From: a virus
Taxonomy: Duplodnaviria; Caudoviricetes
IMG/VR virus record: IMGVR_UViG_3300030095_004938
Location: 3,695 to 67,694 of that record
Reading direction: 5' to 3' (one strand)
Length of the DNA stretch: 64,000 bases
Positions within the stretch are counted from its first letter, which is position 1, and each line of letters opens with the position of its first letter. Below the pieces are notes generated by a model. That model saw only the letters and a list, made by a program, of their open reading frames with translations. It made no database searches and was not told where the DNA came from. Made by a program: the position numbers and the translations under genes. Shown piece by piece: positions 42,504-51,839 of this stretch.

Positions 42504-44030
42504 CTACGGCGTCACGATGTACATCAGGATCAGCTCGTTGTCCCCGGTGGTCGAGCTGATGCCGCCGGTGTTCACGAGGTTGTTGATGACGGCAGCGTTC
42601 AGGCTGAAGTCCATGTTGCGCGTGAGGATGCCGTCGATATCACCGGAGGCAGCCCCGGTGTACTGAATCGCGGGCATCTGGAACACGAAGCCCCCGGTCG
42701 GGTCGCCAGCCGCACCGCCGATCTGGGTGCTGAGTCGGACGACCTCGCCGGAGCGGAAGGTGCCCAGCCACGGGATGTCGCCCTCGTTGGTGGCGTTCGC
42801 CTCCAGGGAGCCGGAGCCGGAGCGCGTCGAGCCGACGATCTCCAGCAGGCCCTCGGGGGAGTGCGCGCACTTCACGTCCGCCAGCGTGACGCCCGCGTCG
42901 AGCGTCATCGTCTTCAGGCAGGGCGTCCTGTTGTCGGCGAAGTCCATGTCGGCGAGCGTCTCGTTGACGCCGATGCCGACGGCCTGACCGGCCCACAGCT
43001 TCGGGTCGATGACCGCCTCGGAGCCCGCGACCTGCGGGGTGTCGCCGACGCCGTTGAGGTCGCTGCCACTGTCCGCCGAGTCCCACCGTCCCCGCGTCGT
43101 GAAGGTCATCACGACCGGGCGGTTGACCTCGAAGGCGAAGCTGACGTTCGCACGGCTCGCGACGAAGTCGACGGCGACGCCGTCCTCGTTGAGGCGGATG
43201 GAGCCGGTCGGCCATGCGGAGTACGCTTCGTTCGCAGCGCCACCGACGGTGAGGTTCGATCCCGTTCCGCTGATCAGGGTGAGGGTCTCCGAGTTGTCGA
43301 GGCCGCCGCCGCCACGGAAGTAGAGGCGAGTCACGCTGGTCCCGTCCCTTGAGGCGACGACGACTTGGCCGCTGGTCGAACCCTCGTAGACGTTGCCCTC
43401 GACGAAGGTGCCAGAGGCGATGGTGACGAACTTCTCCGGCTGACTGACCGGGACCCAAGCCCAGCCGCAGCTTGCTTCGATCGTCGCACCAGCGACGAAC
43501 GAGAAGTTGGTCGTGCCCGTGGTCCATACCTCGCTGGGGGTCATCGTGCCGGTGAGCGCCTCGTAGTAGAGGTAGCCAGAGCCCGACTGGTAGTGAACGT
43601 CACCGATGACGCGGGCCGTGTCGCCGCCGGTCGTGTCGGTGATGATCTCCCCGTGACGAATGGGGCCAGACCCCGCCGTCCAGCCCGCCTGCGTGCCGAT
43701 GTTCACACGGTCCAGGACAACCAGGCGGAACCCGGCCATCTCCATGAACTTCGACCAGGCGGGGACGCCGCCGGAGAACACGTCGGTCGCGTTGCCCACC
43801 AGCTCCGTCGTCATAGTGACCCCCCCAGTCTTCTGGCCGGGGATCGACTTGAGCTTGGTGATGGTGGTGCGGAGGAACTCACGGTCGATGTACTCGACGT
43901 CGAACGTGGGCTCCGCGCTGTTGAGCAGGATGTCCGCGTTGGAGCCATTGGTCATCGCGCCGGTCGGCGTGACGCCAGCGACGGCCTCGTGGATCGAGAC
44001 GACCTGCTTCTTTGCTGAGAGTAGAGTCAT
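42504..44030 (-). CDS. Tail tube (major tail) protein, paralogue 2
   Basis: IDREFLRTTITKLKSIPG...; RANVSFAFEVNRPVVMTFTTRG; FVFQMPAIQY; ELILMY. Confidence 0.8.
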   Translation of the reverse strand: MTLLSAKKQVVSIHEAVAGVTPTGAMTNGSNADILLNSAEPTFDVEYIDREFLRTTITKLKSIPGQKTGGVTMTTELVGNATDVFSGGVPAWSKFMEMAGFRLVVLDRVNIGTQAGWTAGSGPIRHGEIITDTTGGDTARVIGDVHYQSGSGYLYYEALTGTMTPSEVWTTGTTNFSFVAGATIEASCGWAWVPVSQPEKFVTIASGTFVEGNVYEGSTSGQVVVASRDGTSVTRLYFRGGGGLDNSETLTLISGTGSNLTVGGAANEAYSAWPTGSIRLNEDGVAVDFVASRANVSFAFEVNRPVVMTFTTRGRWDSADSGSDLNGVGDTPQVAGSEAVIDPKLWAGQAVGIGVNETLADMDFADNRTPCLKTMTLDAGVTLADVKCAHSPEGLLEIVGSTRSGSGSLEANATNEGDIPWLGTFRSGEVVRLSTQIGGAAGDPTGGFVFQMPAIQYTGAASGDIDGILTRNMDFSLNAAVINNLVNTGGISSTTGDNELILMYIVTP

Positions 44031-44060
44031 GGTTCAGTTGCTAGTTGGTTGGTCGTTCGA

Positions 44061-45659
44061 TCAGTCAGCGACGCTGTTGACGATGTACATGAGAAGCAGC
44101 TCGTTGTCCCCCGTGGTCGAGCTGATGTTTCCGTCGGCGGTCGCTCCGGGGTTGTCGATCACGCCGCCGTTCAGGCTGAAGTCCACCGAGCGAGTCAGGA
44201 TGCCGTCCTCGTCGCCGCTCGACACGCCCGTCATCTGAATGGCGGGCATCTGGAAGATGAAGCTGTTCTCGTTCGTCGCGAGGCTGCCTCCAACGTCGAC
44301 CCGAAGGCGCATCACCTCGCCAGAGCGAAGCGTGGTCATCCAGGGGATCTCCGTCTCCAGCGTGGCGTTCGCCTCCAGCGAGCCCGTGCCGCTGCGAGAG
44401 GTCCCGACGATCTCCTGGAGTCCGTTCGCTGCTCCGGCGCAGCGGACATCAGTCAGCGTGACTCCAGCGTCCAGGGTCAGAGTCTTCAGGCAGGGCGTGT
44501 CGTAGAAGACCTCATCCTGCTCGGCGACGGTCTCGTTGATCCCGAACGCGATGCCGTATCCGGCCCACAGCTTCGGGTCGATGACCTCTTCCGACCCCGC
44601 AAGGAGCGGCGTGTCGCCCGCGCCGTCGAGGTCGCTACCGGCGGTCTCATCGCTGGCCCAGATGCCGCGAGTGGTCACGGTCATCACGACCGGACGGTTG
44701 ACCTCGAAGGAGAAGCTGACGTTTGCGCGGCTGCCCACGAAGTCCACAGCGACGCCGTCCTCGTTGAGTCGCGTCGAGCCGGTGGGCCACTGGACGAAAG
44801 TCTCGGCGGCGTCAGCCGCCAGGGTGATCGGAGAGTCTCCAGTCCCGCCAGCGGTCGCCAGCGTGAATACTTCGTTGTTGACCGGAGCCGTTGACCCAGG
44901 ACGATAGATGATCGTGGTCGAGCCGGTTTGCGACTCGCCAACCACGATGACTGCGCCGGACCCTGCGGTCCCGGTTCCACCGTCGCCAACGTAGACCTCT
45001 CCAGCAACCGTCGCGACGGAGGCTGTCGTCGTGACTTGCTTCAGCGGCTCGCTGACCGGAATCCACGCCCAACCAGCCTGCGAGGTGAAGGCCGTAACAC
45101 CGATCAGGTCGAACTCGGTCTCGCTGGTCGACCAAGGCTCCTGGGCCACATCCATCGCGCCGCTGATCGCCTCGAACCAGATGAACCTTTCGCCGGGGTG
45201 GTAGTTGCCAACGAGGCGAGCGGTCGCCCCAGCGTTGTCGGTGATGATCTCGCCGTGACGCAGAGGCCCACTGGTTCCGTCGGCGGCCCAGGGCGTACCG
45301 AGGTTGCCCGTCACTTGGTCCGCGCCAATGAGGGCCTTCTGGACGACGGCCAGCCGGAACCCGGCCATCTCCATGAACTTCGACCAAGCGGGCGGGCCAC
45401 TGGCAAACGTGTCGTCGGAGTTGCCGAGCATCTCGAACGTCAGCGACAGCCCGCCAGTCTTCTGACCGGGAATCGACTTCAGCTTCGTGATCGTCGTCCG
45501 CAGGAACTCGCGGTCGATGTAGTCGATGTCGAACGTGGGCTCCGCTGCGTTGAGCAGAACATCGGCGTTCGTGCCAGTGATCATCGCGTTGGAAGGCGTC
45601 GTTCCGGCGACATCTTCCAGCACCGAGACGACCTGTTTCTTCGAGGAGAGCAGAGTCAT
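44061..45659 (-). CDS. Tail tube (major tail) protein, paralogue 1
   Basis: Collinear and highly similar to 42504-44030 at the N- and C-terminal parts. Confidence 0.8.
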   Translation of the reverse strand: MTLLSSKKQVVSVLEDVAGTTPSNAMITGTNADVLLNAAEPTFDIDYIDREFLRTTITKLKSIPGQKTGGLSLTFEMLGNSDDTFASGPPAWSKFMEMAGFRLAVVQKALIGADQVTGNLGTPWAADGTSGPLRHGEIITDNAGATARLVGNYHPGERFIWFEAISGAMDVAQEPWSTSETEFDLIGVTAFTSQAGWAWIPVSEPLKQVTTTASVATVAGEVYVGDGGTGTAGSGAVIVVGESQTGSTTIIYRPGSTAPVNNEVFTLATAGGTGDSPITLAADAAETFVQWPTGSTRLNEDGVAVDFVGSRANVSFSFEVNRPVVMTVTTRGIWASDETAGSDLDGAGDTPLLAGSEEVIDPKLWAGYGIAFGINETVAEQDEVFYDTPCLKTLTLDAGVTLTDVRCAGAANGLQEIVGTSRSGTGSLEANATLETEIPWMTTLRSGEVMRLRVDVGGSLATNENSFIFQMPAIQMTGVSSGDEDGILTRSVDFSLNGGVIDNPGATADGNISSTTGDNELLLMYIVNSVAD

Positions 45660-45662
45660 GTT

Positions 45663-46145
45663 TCAGGGAGTGGTGGTCAAAGTCGGGTTCTCCGACAGGT
45701 GCCGGTAAACGACGCGCAGCGAGATAGTCGCGAGACCGATGGTCTCGTCGGTGATCTCGTACACGTCCTCTGCCTCGACCTCGTGGTAGATGCAGGTGTT
45801 CGAGAGATTCGGGTCAGACCGAAGCGCGTACTTCATGTCGGAGACCATCCAGTGCAGCTCCTTCTTCCACGACGGATCGCGGAAGTCGAGCCGGATCGCC
45901 CCGACGACCGTGATGATCGCCTGGCGCTCGACGGCGAGACACGACAGGTCCCGCAGGCGGCTGTCCTCCTCGGGGATGATCGCGATGAACGGCATCGCCG
46001 TCCCGCCCTGGATGCGACCAGAGTCGAAGACCCGCACCTCCTCGAAGGTGAAGTGGTACGCCGGGGTCGCCACGCTCTCGAAGAGCGCCTTGATCGCCTC
46101 CAGGATCTGCCACTTCACCGGGTCGCCGTCGTTCGGGTAGACCAT
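45663..46145 (-). CDS. Tail terminator-like protein
   Basis: WQILEAIKALF...MPFIAIIPEED...ATISLRVVYRH; directly before the tail tube genes. Confidence 0.75.
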   Translation of the reverse strand: MVYPNDGDPVKWQILEAIKALFESVATPAYHFTFEEVRVFDSGRIQGGTAMPFIAIIPEEDSRLRDLSCLAVERQAIITVVGAIRLDFRDPSWKKELHWMVSDMKYALRSDPNLSNTCIYHEVEAEDVYEITDETIGLATISLRVVYRHLSENPTLTTTP

Positions 46146-46525
46146 CAGTGGTCCTCCTCGATGCGGGCTTCCAGGGTGTAGCTGCCGTACCCCTTCTGAA
46201 CCAGCCTGTACGGCCCCACAAGGCGACCGACGACCGTAGACGTCACCGAAGCCCTGGGAGTGCTCAGGGTCGGCCCCTGCGGTCCTGTGGGCGGTGTGTA
46301 GAAGACCTGCGGGCTCGCCTGGGTGTTCTTGATCAGGATGCGAAAGGCCGCCGCGTCCGCCTCGTTGGCGTCAGGCCAGCGGACGCGGAAGACTCGGTAG
46401 GGCTGCGAGGGGCTGACGTACTGGCCGCTCCAGTTGTCCGGACACGACGTCTCACCGCCGACGACGAAGTTCTCGTCGAAGGACATCTCCATCGGTGAGC
46501 AGAGAGCGGAGGTGAGGTTGATCAT
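46145..46525 (-). CDS. Neck/tail-associated hypothetical protein
   Basis: Coupled ORF within the head-tail joining block. Confidence 0.6.
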   Translation of the reverse strand: MINLTSALCSPMEMSFDENFVVGGETSCPDNWSGQYVSPSQPYRVFRVRWPDANEADAAAFRILIKNTQASPQVFYTPPTGPQGPTLSTPRASVTSTVVGRLVGPYRLVQKGYGSYTLEARIEEDH

Positions 46526-47175
46526 CGCTTGAACCCCACAGACGTGATGGCCTTGCGGGTGGCGTTCACCATACGCTTCCGGCGGTCCTCGACGATCTTC
46601 GGGTTGCGGCGAATCGTGTCGCCGAACTTGAATCTGGGAGGGATCTTGACCTTGTTCACGAGCACGAAGAGGTACTCGAACGGGTCGCCAGTCTTCTTGC
46701 CACGGCTCTTCAGGCGGCGGACCAGAGTCTTGCCCGTGGACGGGCTTCTCCAGTACGTCGCGCCACCGGCGAGGGCCTCCTCGACAGTGGAGAAGCGGCG
46801 TCGACCTGTCGGCGTGATGTTGTCACCCAGCGGGACGAAGATCCGGCCCGTGTAGACCTTGCCGAACTCGTTGTCCACAGCGCGGGGGTCTCCCGTGCCC
46901 CGGCCCGCCTCGATGACCATGCCGCCCTTGTCGGCGATCGGGATGGCCTTGATCGAGCGGCTGAGCTTGCCCGTCCTGCGGTACAGGAAGGTGCGGCCCT
47001 TGTCCTCGTTCTCGTAGCCCGGATACACGCCGAACCGCTCCTTCCTGATGAAGTCCACGACGAACTTCGCGTGGCGCTTCAGGCCGAGCTGCATCTCCTT
47101 CGGGAGCCGCGTCTTCAGCTTCCGGACGGCGACGATGGTGGGCTGTCCGAAGAAGAACTTGTCGGGGGCTGCCAC
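46522..47175 (-). CDS. Tail completion / neck protein (HK97 gp10-like position)
   Basis: Basic; RRTGKLSRSI, NEFG, LFVLVNKVKIPPR motifs; GTG 47175. Confidence 0.7.
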   Translation of the reverse strand: MAAPDKFFFGQPTIVAVRKLKTRLPKEMQLGLKRHAKFVVDFIRKERFGVYPGYENEDKGRTFLYRRTGKLSRSIKAIPIADKGGMVIEAGRGTGDPRAVDNEFGKVYTGRIFVPLGDNITPTGRRRFSTVEEALAGGATYWRSPSTGKTLVRRLKSRGKKTGDPFEYLFVLVNKVKIPPRFKFGDTIRRNPKIVEDRRKRMVNATRKAITSVGFKR

Positions 47176-47801
47176 TAGATCGGCTGCCTGCGGATCGCGT
47201 CGAGGACCGAGGTGACCGAGTGCAGAAGCTTGTACTGCGACATGAACTGCGTCGAGTTCCCGGCGATCGACTTGACGTTGCCACCGAGGGAGTCGCGGCG
47301 CTGGATCAAGTAGCGAACCTGCGACGAGCACGCGCGAGCCAGCTCCGGGTAGGCCGCCTCCATGCCAGCCGCGTCGTCGGCCAAGCCGCCGGAGTACGTG
47401 ACCTCGACGTACGCCGTGGTCGGGTACATCCGTCGGCTGAACTTGATCGCACCCGCCTCACGGCGCACGACGTAGTCGCGACTGTCGATCTGCGTCACGG
47501 ACGACAAGTCATCCGGATGCTGCGCGATCTTCAGCGACGTGATGCCAGGCGAAGCCGGGATCGGCCTCGCGTCTAGCGTCAGTATCCGCTTGCCGTGGCG
47601 CAGCTCGTACACCTCGGTCCTCACGCCGATCAGCGTGTGGAAGCCAAGGTAGCGCGTCATCATTGCCGAGACATCAGTGATCCCACGGCTGATCGCCGCG
47701 TCGTTCGCTGTTGTCACCGAAGTCGCGTCGATCTCTGCCTTGACCGTAGCCAAGGTGCAGAAATCGACGGACTCGAAGGTGGTGGTCTCGACGGCAGTCA
47801 C
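47175..47801 (-). CDS. Head-tail connector/adaptor (gp6/gp15-like)
   Basis: FCTLATVKAEI...DVSAMMTRYLG...VEVTYSGG...ELARAC...VTSVLDAIRR. Confidence 0.82.
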   Translation of the reverse strand: MTAVETTTFESVDFCTLATVKAEIDATSVTTANDAAISRGITDVSAMMTRYLGFHTLIGVRTEVYELRHGKRILTLDARPIPASPGITSLKIAQHPDDLSSVTQIDSRDYVVRREAGAIKFSRRMYPTTAYVEVTYSGGLADDAAGMEAAYPELARACSSQVRYLIQRRDSLGGNVKSIAGNSTQFMSQYKLLHSVTSVLDAIRRQPI

Positions 47802-47810
47802 GGCGTTCGC

Positions 47811-48038
47811 CTACAGGGTATCGTAGTCGTCCGCGTCGGCGCTGGAGTCAGCCTCCGGCTCGACCGAAGCGGCTTCCTCCGGCTTCGCGGGGGCGGGGTC
47901 GCCGCCACCCACCGGGTAGAAGTTCGCCCAGCCCTGCTCCACCGCCTCGTGAGTCTCGTCCACGAGGTCGCCGTGCTTCAGGGTGGTGCCGTCTCCGAGC
48001 TTGATCGGGATCTGACCCCGGTACATGAACTTCGCCAT
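47811..48038 (-). CDS. Small virion-associated hypothetical protein
   Basis: 75 aa, in the head gene block. Confidence 0.6.
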   Translation of the reverse strand: MAKFMYRGQIPIKLGDGTTLKHGDLVDETHEAVEQGWANFYPVGGGDPAPAKPEEAASVEPEADSSADADDYDTL

Positions 48039-48475
48039 CAGTCTTCCTCCAGGTTGGACAGGCGCTTCTTGATGTCTTCCGACTCCCTCTTCAGCGAGGC
48101 GTTCTGCTTCTTGAGCACCTCGTTCTGCTTCTTCAGCTCGTTGATCGTGTCCTCCAGCTCCTTGCTGGGACGACCGACCGGCGGGAACTCACCAGCCTCG
48201 CCGCCGTCGCGCTGCTTCGCGTTCCAGACGTCGATCTCGCGGCTGAACCGCTGCGGGGTGACCGCGACCTTGGCGCCCTTCGGCAGGCCCTTCAGCTCTT
48301 CGAGCTTGAACTCCTGGCCCTTGAGCTTCTCGCGGATGAGCGGGTGGTCGATGCAGATGACGTCGCCGGGCTCTGCCCAGGTCTCCATCCTGCCGTTCGT
48401 CAGCGGAAGGTGAACGTAGCGACGCTCCTTCACGCGGTAGTAGACGGTGTCGTTCTCGGTCATGGTTGCTTGCAT
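48038..48475 (-). CDS. Hypothetical protein with C-terminal coiled coil
   Basis: ATG after the AACCGAAGAAGAA leader. Confidence 0.65.
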   Translation of the reverse strand: MQATMTENDTVYYRVKERRYVHLPLTNGRMETWAEPGDVICIDHPLIREKLKGQEFKLEELKGLPKGAKVAVTPQRFSREIDVWNAKQRDGGEAGEFPPVGRPSKELEDTINELKKQNEVLKKQNASLKRESEDIKKRLSNLEED

Positions 48476-48501
48476 GGCTCTTCTTCTTCGGTTGGGAGAG
48501 T

Positions 48502-48525
48502 AGGCCCCCGCCGAAGCGGGAGCCT
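48502..48525 (-). other. 10-bp stem with cUUCGg tetraloop after the decoration genes (terminator or RNA stabiliser)
   Basis: Minus strand AGGCTCCCGC-TTCG-GCGGGGGCCT; no U-tract. Confidence 0.65.
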
Positions 48526-48537
48526 CTGTGGATCAGC

Positions 48538-49020
48538 CTAGTAGGGGTAGCCCGACTTGGCCTTGCTGGTGATCTGGAACGAAAGATCCTGATCGACGAT
48601 GGTCCCACGACGGGCCTTCGAGAGCACGGCGTGCGCGCAGATCAAAAGGGTCCCGTTCGTGTCGTTGTCGACCGTAGTCCGGATGACTCCAGGGTGCTGT
48701 CGCAGGTCGATCTCTCCATACCGGGTTCCGGTGAAGCTCTGAGCCTGAGAGAACCCAGCAGTGACGCCTGATCCGCCAGCGACCATGTTGGCGCTGTCGT
48801 CCTCGATCACCGAGTAGGTCCCGCCGATGGTCTGAGCGGCCTCCAGCGTAACCGTCGAAGTCCCGGTCGACCCGGAAGCCGCGTCGACCTCGAAGACGAC
48901 GTACATCCAGTCGTACCCACGGCAGTCGACATCTGCGGTGACCGCAGTATTGCCGGTGCCGAGGGAACGGATGGGGATAAGGGTCACGACCTTACCCTGC
49001 TCGCTGAAGGTGCCGGTCAT
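48538..49020 (-). CDS. Capsid decoration-like protein, paralogue 2
   Basis: DVDCRGYDWMYVV...FQITSKAK; similar to 49024-49518. Confidence 0.7.
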   Translation of the reverse strand: MTGTFSEQGKVVTLIPIRSLGTGNTAVTADVDCRGYDWMYVVFEVDAASGSTGTSTVTLEAAQTIGGTYSVIEDDSANMVAGGSGVTAGFSQAQSFTGTRYGEIDLRQHPGVIRTTVDNDTNGTLLICAHAVLSKARRGTIVDQDLSFQITSKAKSGYPY

Positions 49021-49023
49021 GGC

Positions 49024-49518
49024 CTAGTACGCGGCCTTGGCCTTCGTCGTGATCTGGAACTCCAGGGCGCTCGAAAGCGGGACGCTCTGAAGGCCGTTGT
49101 CGGCGCCGGAGAGGATCACCACAGCCGACATCGCCGAGGAGCCGCCCGTCCCGTTCGTGAGGTCGAACTGAAGCCAGTTGTCGAACTGGTCCAGGTCGAT
49201 CTCAGCGTAGTAGAGCGTGTCGTCGGTCACACCCGGAAGGGTCATCGTAGCCGTGACGTTCGAGGAGGCCCCGCCCGTCAGGTTCGACGTGTCATCCGTG
49301 ATCAGCGTGTAGCTCCCGCCGGAAGCCGGGGCCGAGCTGACCGTCAGCGTGCCGTCGGCAGTCGTGGTGTTCGTGCCAACGGAGACGATGATGTACATCC
49401 AGCGGAAGCCGGTGCAGTCGACGTCGGAAGTCGAGATGGTCTGCCCAGTCGTGTAGGTCGCGGGCGGCAGCGCCTCGACGACCTTCACGCCGGAAGAGAG
49501 GTTGTTTTTGATGGTCAT
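49024..49518 (-). CDS. Capsid decoration-like protein, paralogue 1
   Basis: Directly after the major capsid gene; DVDCTGFRWMYII...FQITTKAK; Thr/Ser/Gly-rich beta sandwich. Confidence 0.72.
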   Translation of the reverse strand: MTIKNNLSSGVKVVEALPPATYTTGQTISTSDVDCTGFRWMYIIVSVGTNTTTADGTLTVSSAPASGGSYTLITDDTSNLTGGASSNVTATMTLPGVTDDTLYYAEIDLDQFDNWLQFDLTNGTGGSSAMSAVVILSGADNGLQSVPLSSALEFQITTKAKAAY

Positions 49519-49536
49519 GTGTCTTGTCTCCTGCGC

Positions 49537-50775
49537 CTAGAAGGCGGCGATGCTCGCCATGTTCTCGGCGACGACGAAGGCTTCCGGGTAACGGACGCCG
49601 TAGTCGATGTCCGTGTACGCGACGATGTGGGTCTGGCGACGACGCATCGCGTCACCGGCCACGTTCGACGCTTCGAGCTTCATGCCCCCCCACTGGGCGA
49701 AGAACATATGCTTCCACACGCCGAGGATGACCTCGGGAGAGGCGCCACCCTGAAGGGTGCCGGTCTCGACGTAGTTGCGGTTCACGATCCGACCCGTGTC
49801 GGCGGACGTGAAGACCTTGCGGCTGATCTCCAGGTTCTGAGCCGAAGCACCGGGAGTGGTGTTCGAGCTGGTCATCTGCTGAAGCATCCGCACGAACTGG
49901 TGCGGAACGACCCACGTCGGCTCACCGCCGTCCTCGTAGATCTTCGCGTCGGCGAGGACGCCGTCGGTCTTGATCAGCTCGTTGTAGACCTCGCTGGCCC
50001 CCATCGTGATGGAGGTCCAGTCGTGCGTCCCGACACCCGTGGTGTTCAGGATGCCGATGGGCTGGCCGCCCGAGCCGGTGCCGGTGAGCGCCCACTGGTT
50101 GTAGGTGCGCGAGATGCCGTCCACGATGATCTCGCGGATGATGTTCTCGGCGCCAACGCCCATCTGGAGGAAGCGCCGAGACGAGACCAAGTAGGTCTGA
50201 CACGTCTTCGGCGTCATCTGCATCATGTTGAACGTGATGTTCTGATCCGGCGTGCCCTGGTTCTCGGCGACCGCCTCGGGGGTCGGCTCGCTGACGACCA
50301 TCGGGATATCGACCGGGCTGCCGGTCGCCTGCATCCGCGTCATGCCCAGCTTGTCCGCGATGATGCGGTTCTGGAGCAGCGGGATGATCATCTCGTTGTG
50401 GACCTCGTTCGGAACGAGGAAGCCGCCGAGGTCGTCCGGAGTCGTGGCCTGCGGGTCGGCGTACTGCTTCTGTCGCAGTTCCTCCGACATCTCGAACTCC
50501 ATCGGCGCGTACCGCTCGATGTCACCGGCGGCGATGCCAGCGAAGACCTTCGCGAACGAGTAGGACTCGCCCTTGTGCTTGGCCTCGGACGAGCCAGGGA
50601 GGTCGTGATCGTTCTGGGAGTCCTCCAGCACGACCATCTTCTCTTCGATGGCGGCCATGCGCTCCGTGAGGGGCGTAGTCGCAGCCTGAACGGCGCCAGA
50701 GACGGTCTCGCTGATGTTAGCGAGGAACTTCTCTTCCGCCTCTGCCGCGCGCTTCTCTTTGTCGGTTTGAGTCAT
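49537..50775 (-). CDS. Major capsid protein (HK97 fold)
   Basis: N-terminal coiled coil (delta domain); GGFLVPNEV; GTGSGGQPIGIL; IDYGVRYPEAF. Confidence 0.93.
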   Translation of the reverse strand: MTQTDKEKRAAEAEEKFLANISETVSGAVQAATTPLTERMAAIEEKMVVLEDSQNDHDLPGSSEAKHKGESYSFAKVFAGIAAGDIERYAPMEFEMSEELRQKQYADPQATTPDDLGGFLVPNEVHNEMIIPLLQNRIIADKLGMTRMQATGSPVDIPMVVSEPTPEAVAENQGTPDQNITFNMMQMTPKTCQTYLVSSRRFLQMGVGAENIIREIIVDGISRTYNQWALTGTGSGGQPIGILNTTGVGTHDWTSITMGASEVYNELIKTDGVLADAKIYEDGGEPTWVVPHQFVRMLQQMTSSNTTPGASAQNLEISRKVFTSADTGRIVNRNYVETGTLQGGASPEVILGVWKHMFFAQWGGMKLEASNVAGDAMRRRQTHIVAYTDIDYGVRYPEAFVVAENMASIAAF

Positions 50776-50804
50776 TGGTTTGTGTCCCCTGGCGTGGCAG
50801 AGGG

Positions 50805-51839
50805 TCAGTTGTCTTCGGGGCTGCGCCCCGCTTCAAGGATCTCGGTCAGTCGCTCAAGCGAAAGACCGAACACGGTCTCGTCCCCGTCGTCGTCGCCGTC
50901 ACCGGCGTCGTCGGAGTCGAGTCGTTCGGTGAGCTGCTGGACTTGCTCCTCCAGCTTGGTGATGCGGTCGCGGGCCGCTTTGTCGGTGGCATTCCACACA
51001 TGGGTCACGGCGTCGAACACGCCGACGTTGCCCAGAGCTACCGCCGCAGGACCGCCGGTGGCGGGCTCGACCGCGCCTTCCTCGCCCTTCGCAAGCCAGG
51101 TGCGCAGCGCGTGGAAGGACTTCGTCGAGGGGGTCTTCAGGATCGTCTCGCGCACACAGGCGACGGACTCCTCGGTGAACCGCTCGGCGTTCTCAGCCAG
51201 CCACCCGTCGAAGCTCGCACGGCCCTCGTCGGTGTAGATCACACCGGCGCGGGGGTCGCGGCCAAGGGAGACGACGCTGTACTCGACGAGGTCCATCTGC
51301 TCGAAGATCGCCGAGAACTTGCCGAGACCCCACTTCTTCGCCTCCTCCTTCGTCGGCTCGCGCATCTTCTTGATGTTGAATCCGACCGAGCCGCAGTTCA
51401 GGAAGCCAGCGCCGACCATCGACTCCACGAGGTCCGCCTGGTCCGAGAGTCCCTGCGGCGCGAACTCGACCTGGCCGAGCATCGCCTTCAAGCCCTCGTA
51501 GTCACGGTTGCGCTGCACCGTGAGACCGCGACCGACCGGGGCGCTGTCAGAGTCGTGGCCGAAGAGGATCGGGCTGTTGCGTGCGCGGAACTGCTTCAGG
51601 TCCCAGCCGTTCGCGAGCGGCACGTCCTTGAACGAGCCGATCGGCGACTCGGTGACGAAGACGTAGCGATACACGCGGTCGCGGACAGCCTTCGGCTTCT
51701 CCGCTGTGCCCCAGGTCTCGAAGCCCTGGGTGTCCTCGCGCATCTTGATGAAGTCGCCGGGAGCGACGTTCTCTTCCAGCAGCACATCCTCGGTGAGGTC
51801 GCCCTGCTCGAACATCTTCTGAAGGTCTGTGAAGTTCAT
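50805..51839 (-). CDS. Prohead maturation protease (HK97-type)
   Basis: PILFGHD, GSVGF, LVEYSVVSLG catalytic-type motifs. Confidence 0.88.
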   Translation of the reverse strand: MNFTDLQKMFEQGDLTEDVLLEENVAPGDFIKMREDTQGFETWGTAEKPKAVRDRVYRYVFVTESPIGSFKDVPLANGWDLKQFRARNSPILFGHDSDSAPVGRGLTVQRNRDYEGLKAMLGQVEFAPQGLSDQADLVESMVGAGFLNCGSVGFNIKKMREPTKEEAKKWGLGKFSAIFEQMDLVEYSVVSLGRDPRAGVIYTDEGRASFDGWLAENAERFTEESVACVRETILKTPSTKSFHALRTWLAKGEEGAVEPATGGPAAVALGNVGVFDAVTHVWNATDKAARDRITKLEEQVQQLTERLDSDDAGDGDDDGDETVFGLSLERLTEILEAGRSPEDN

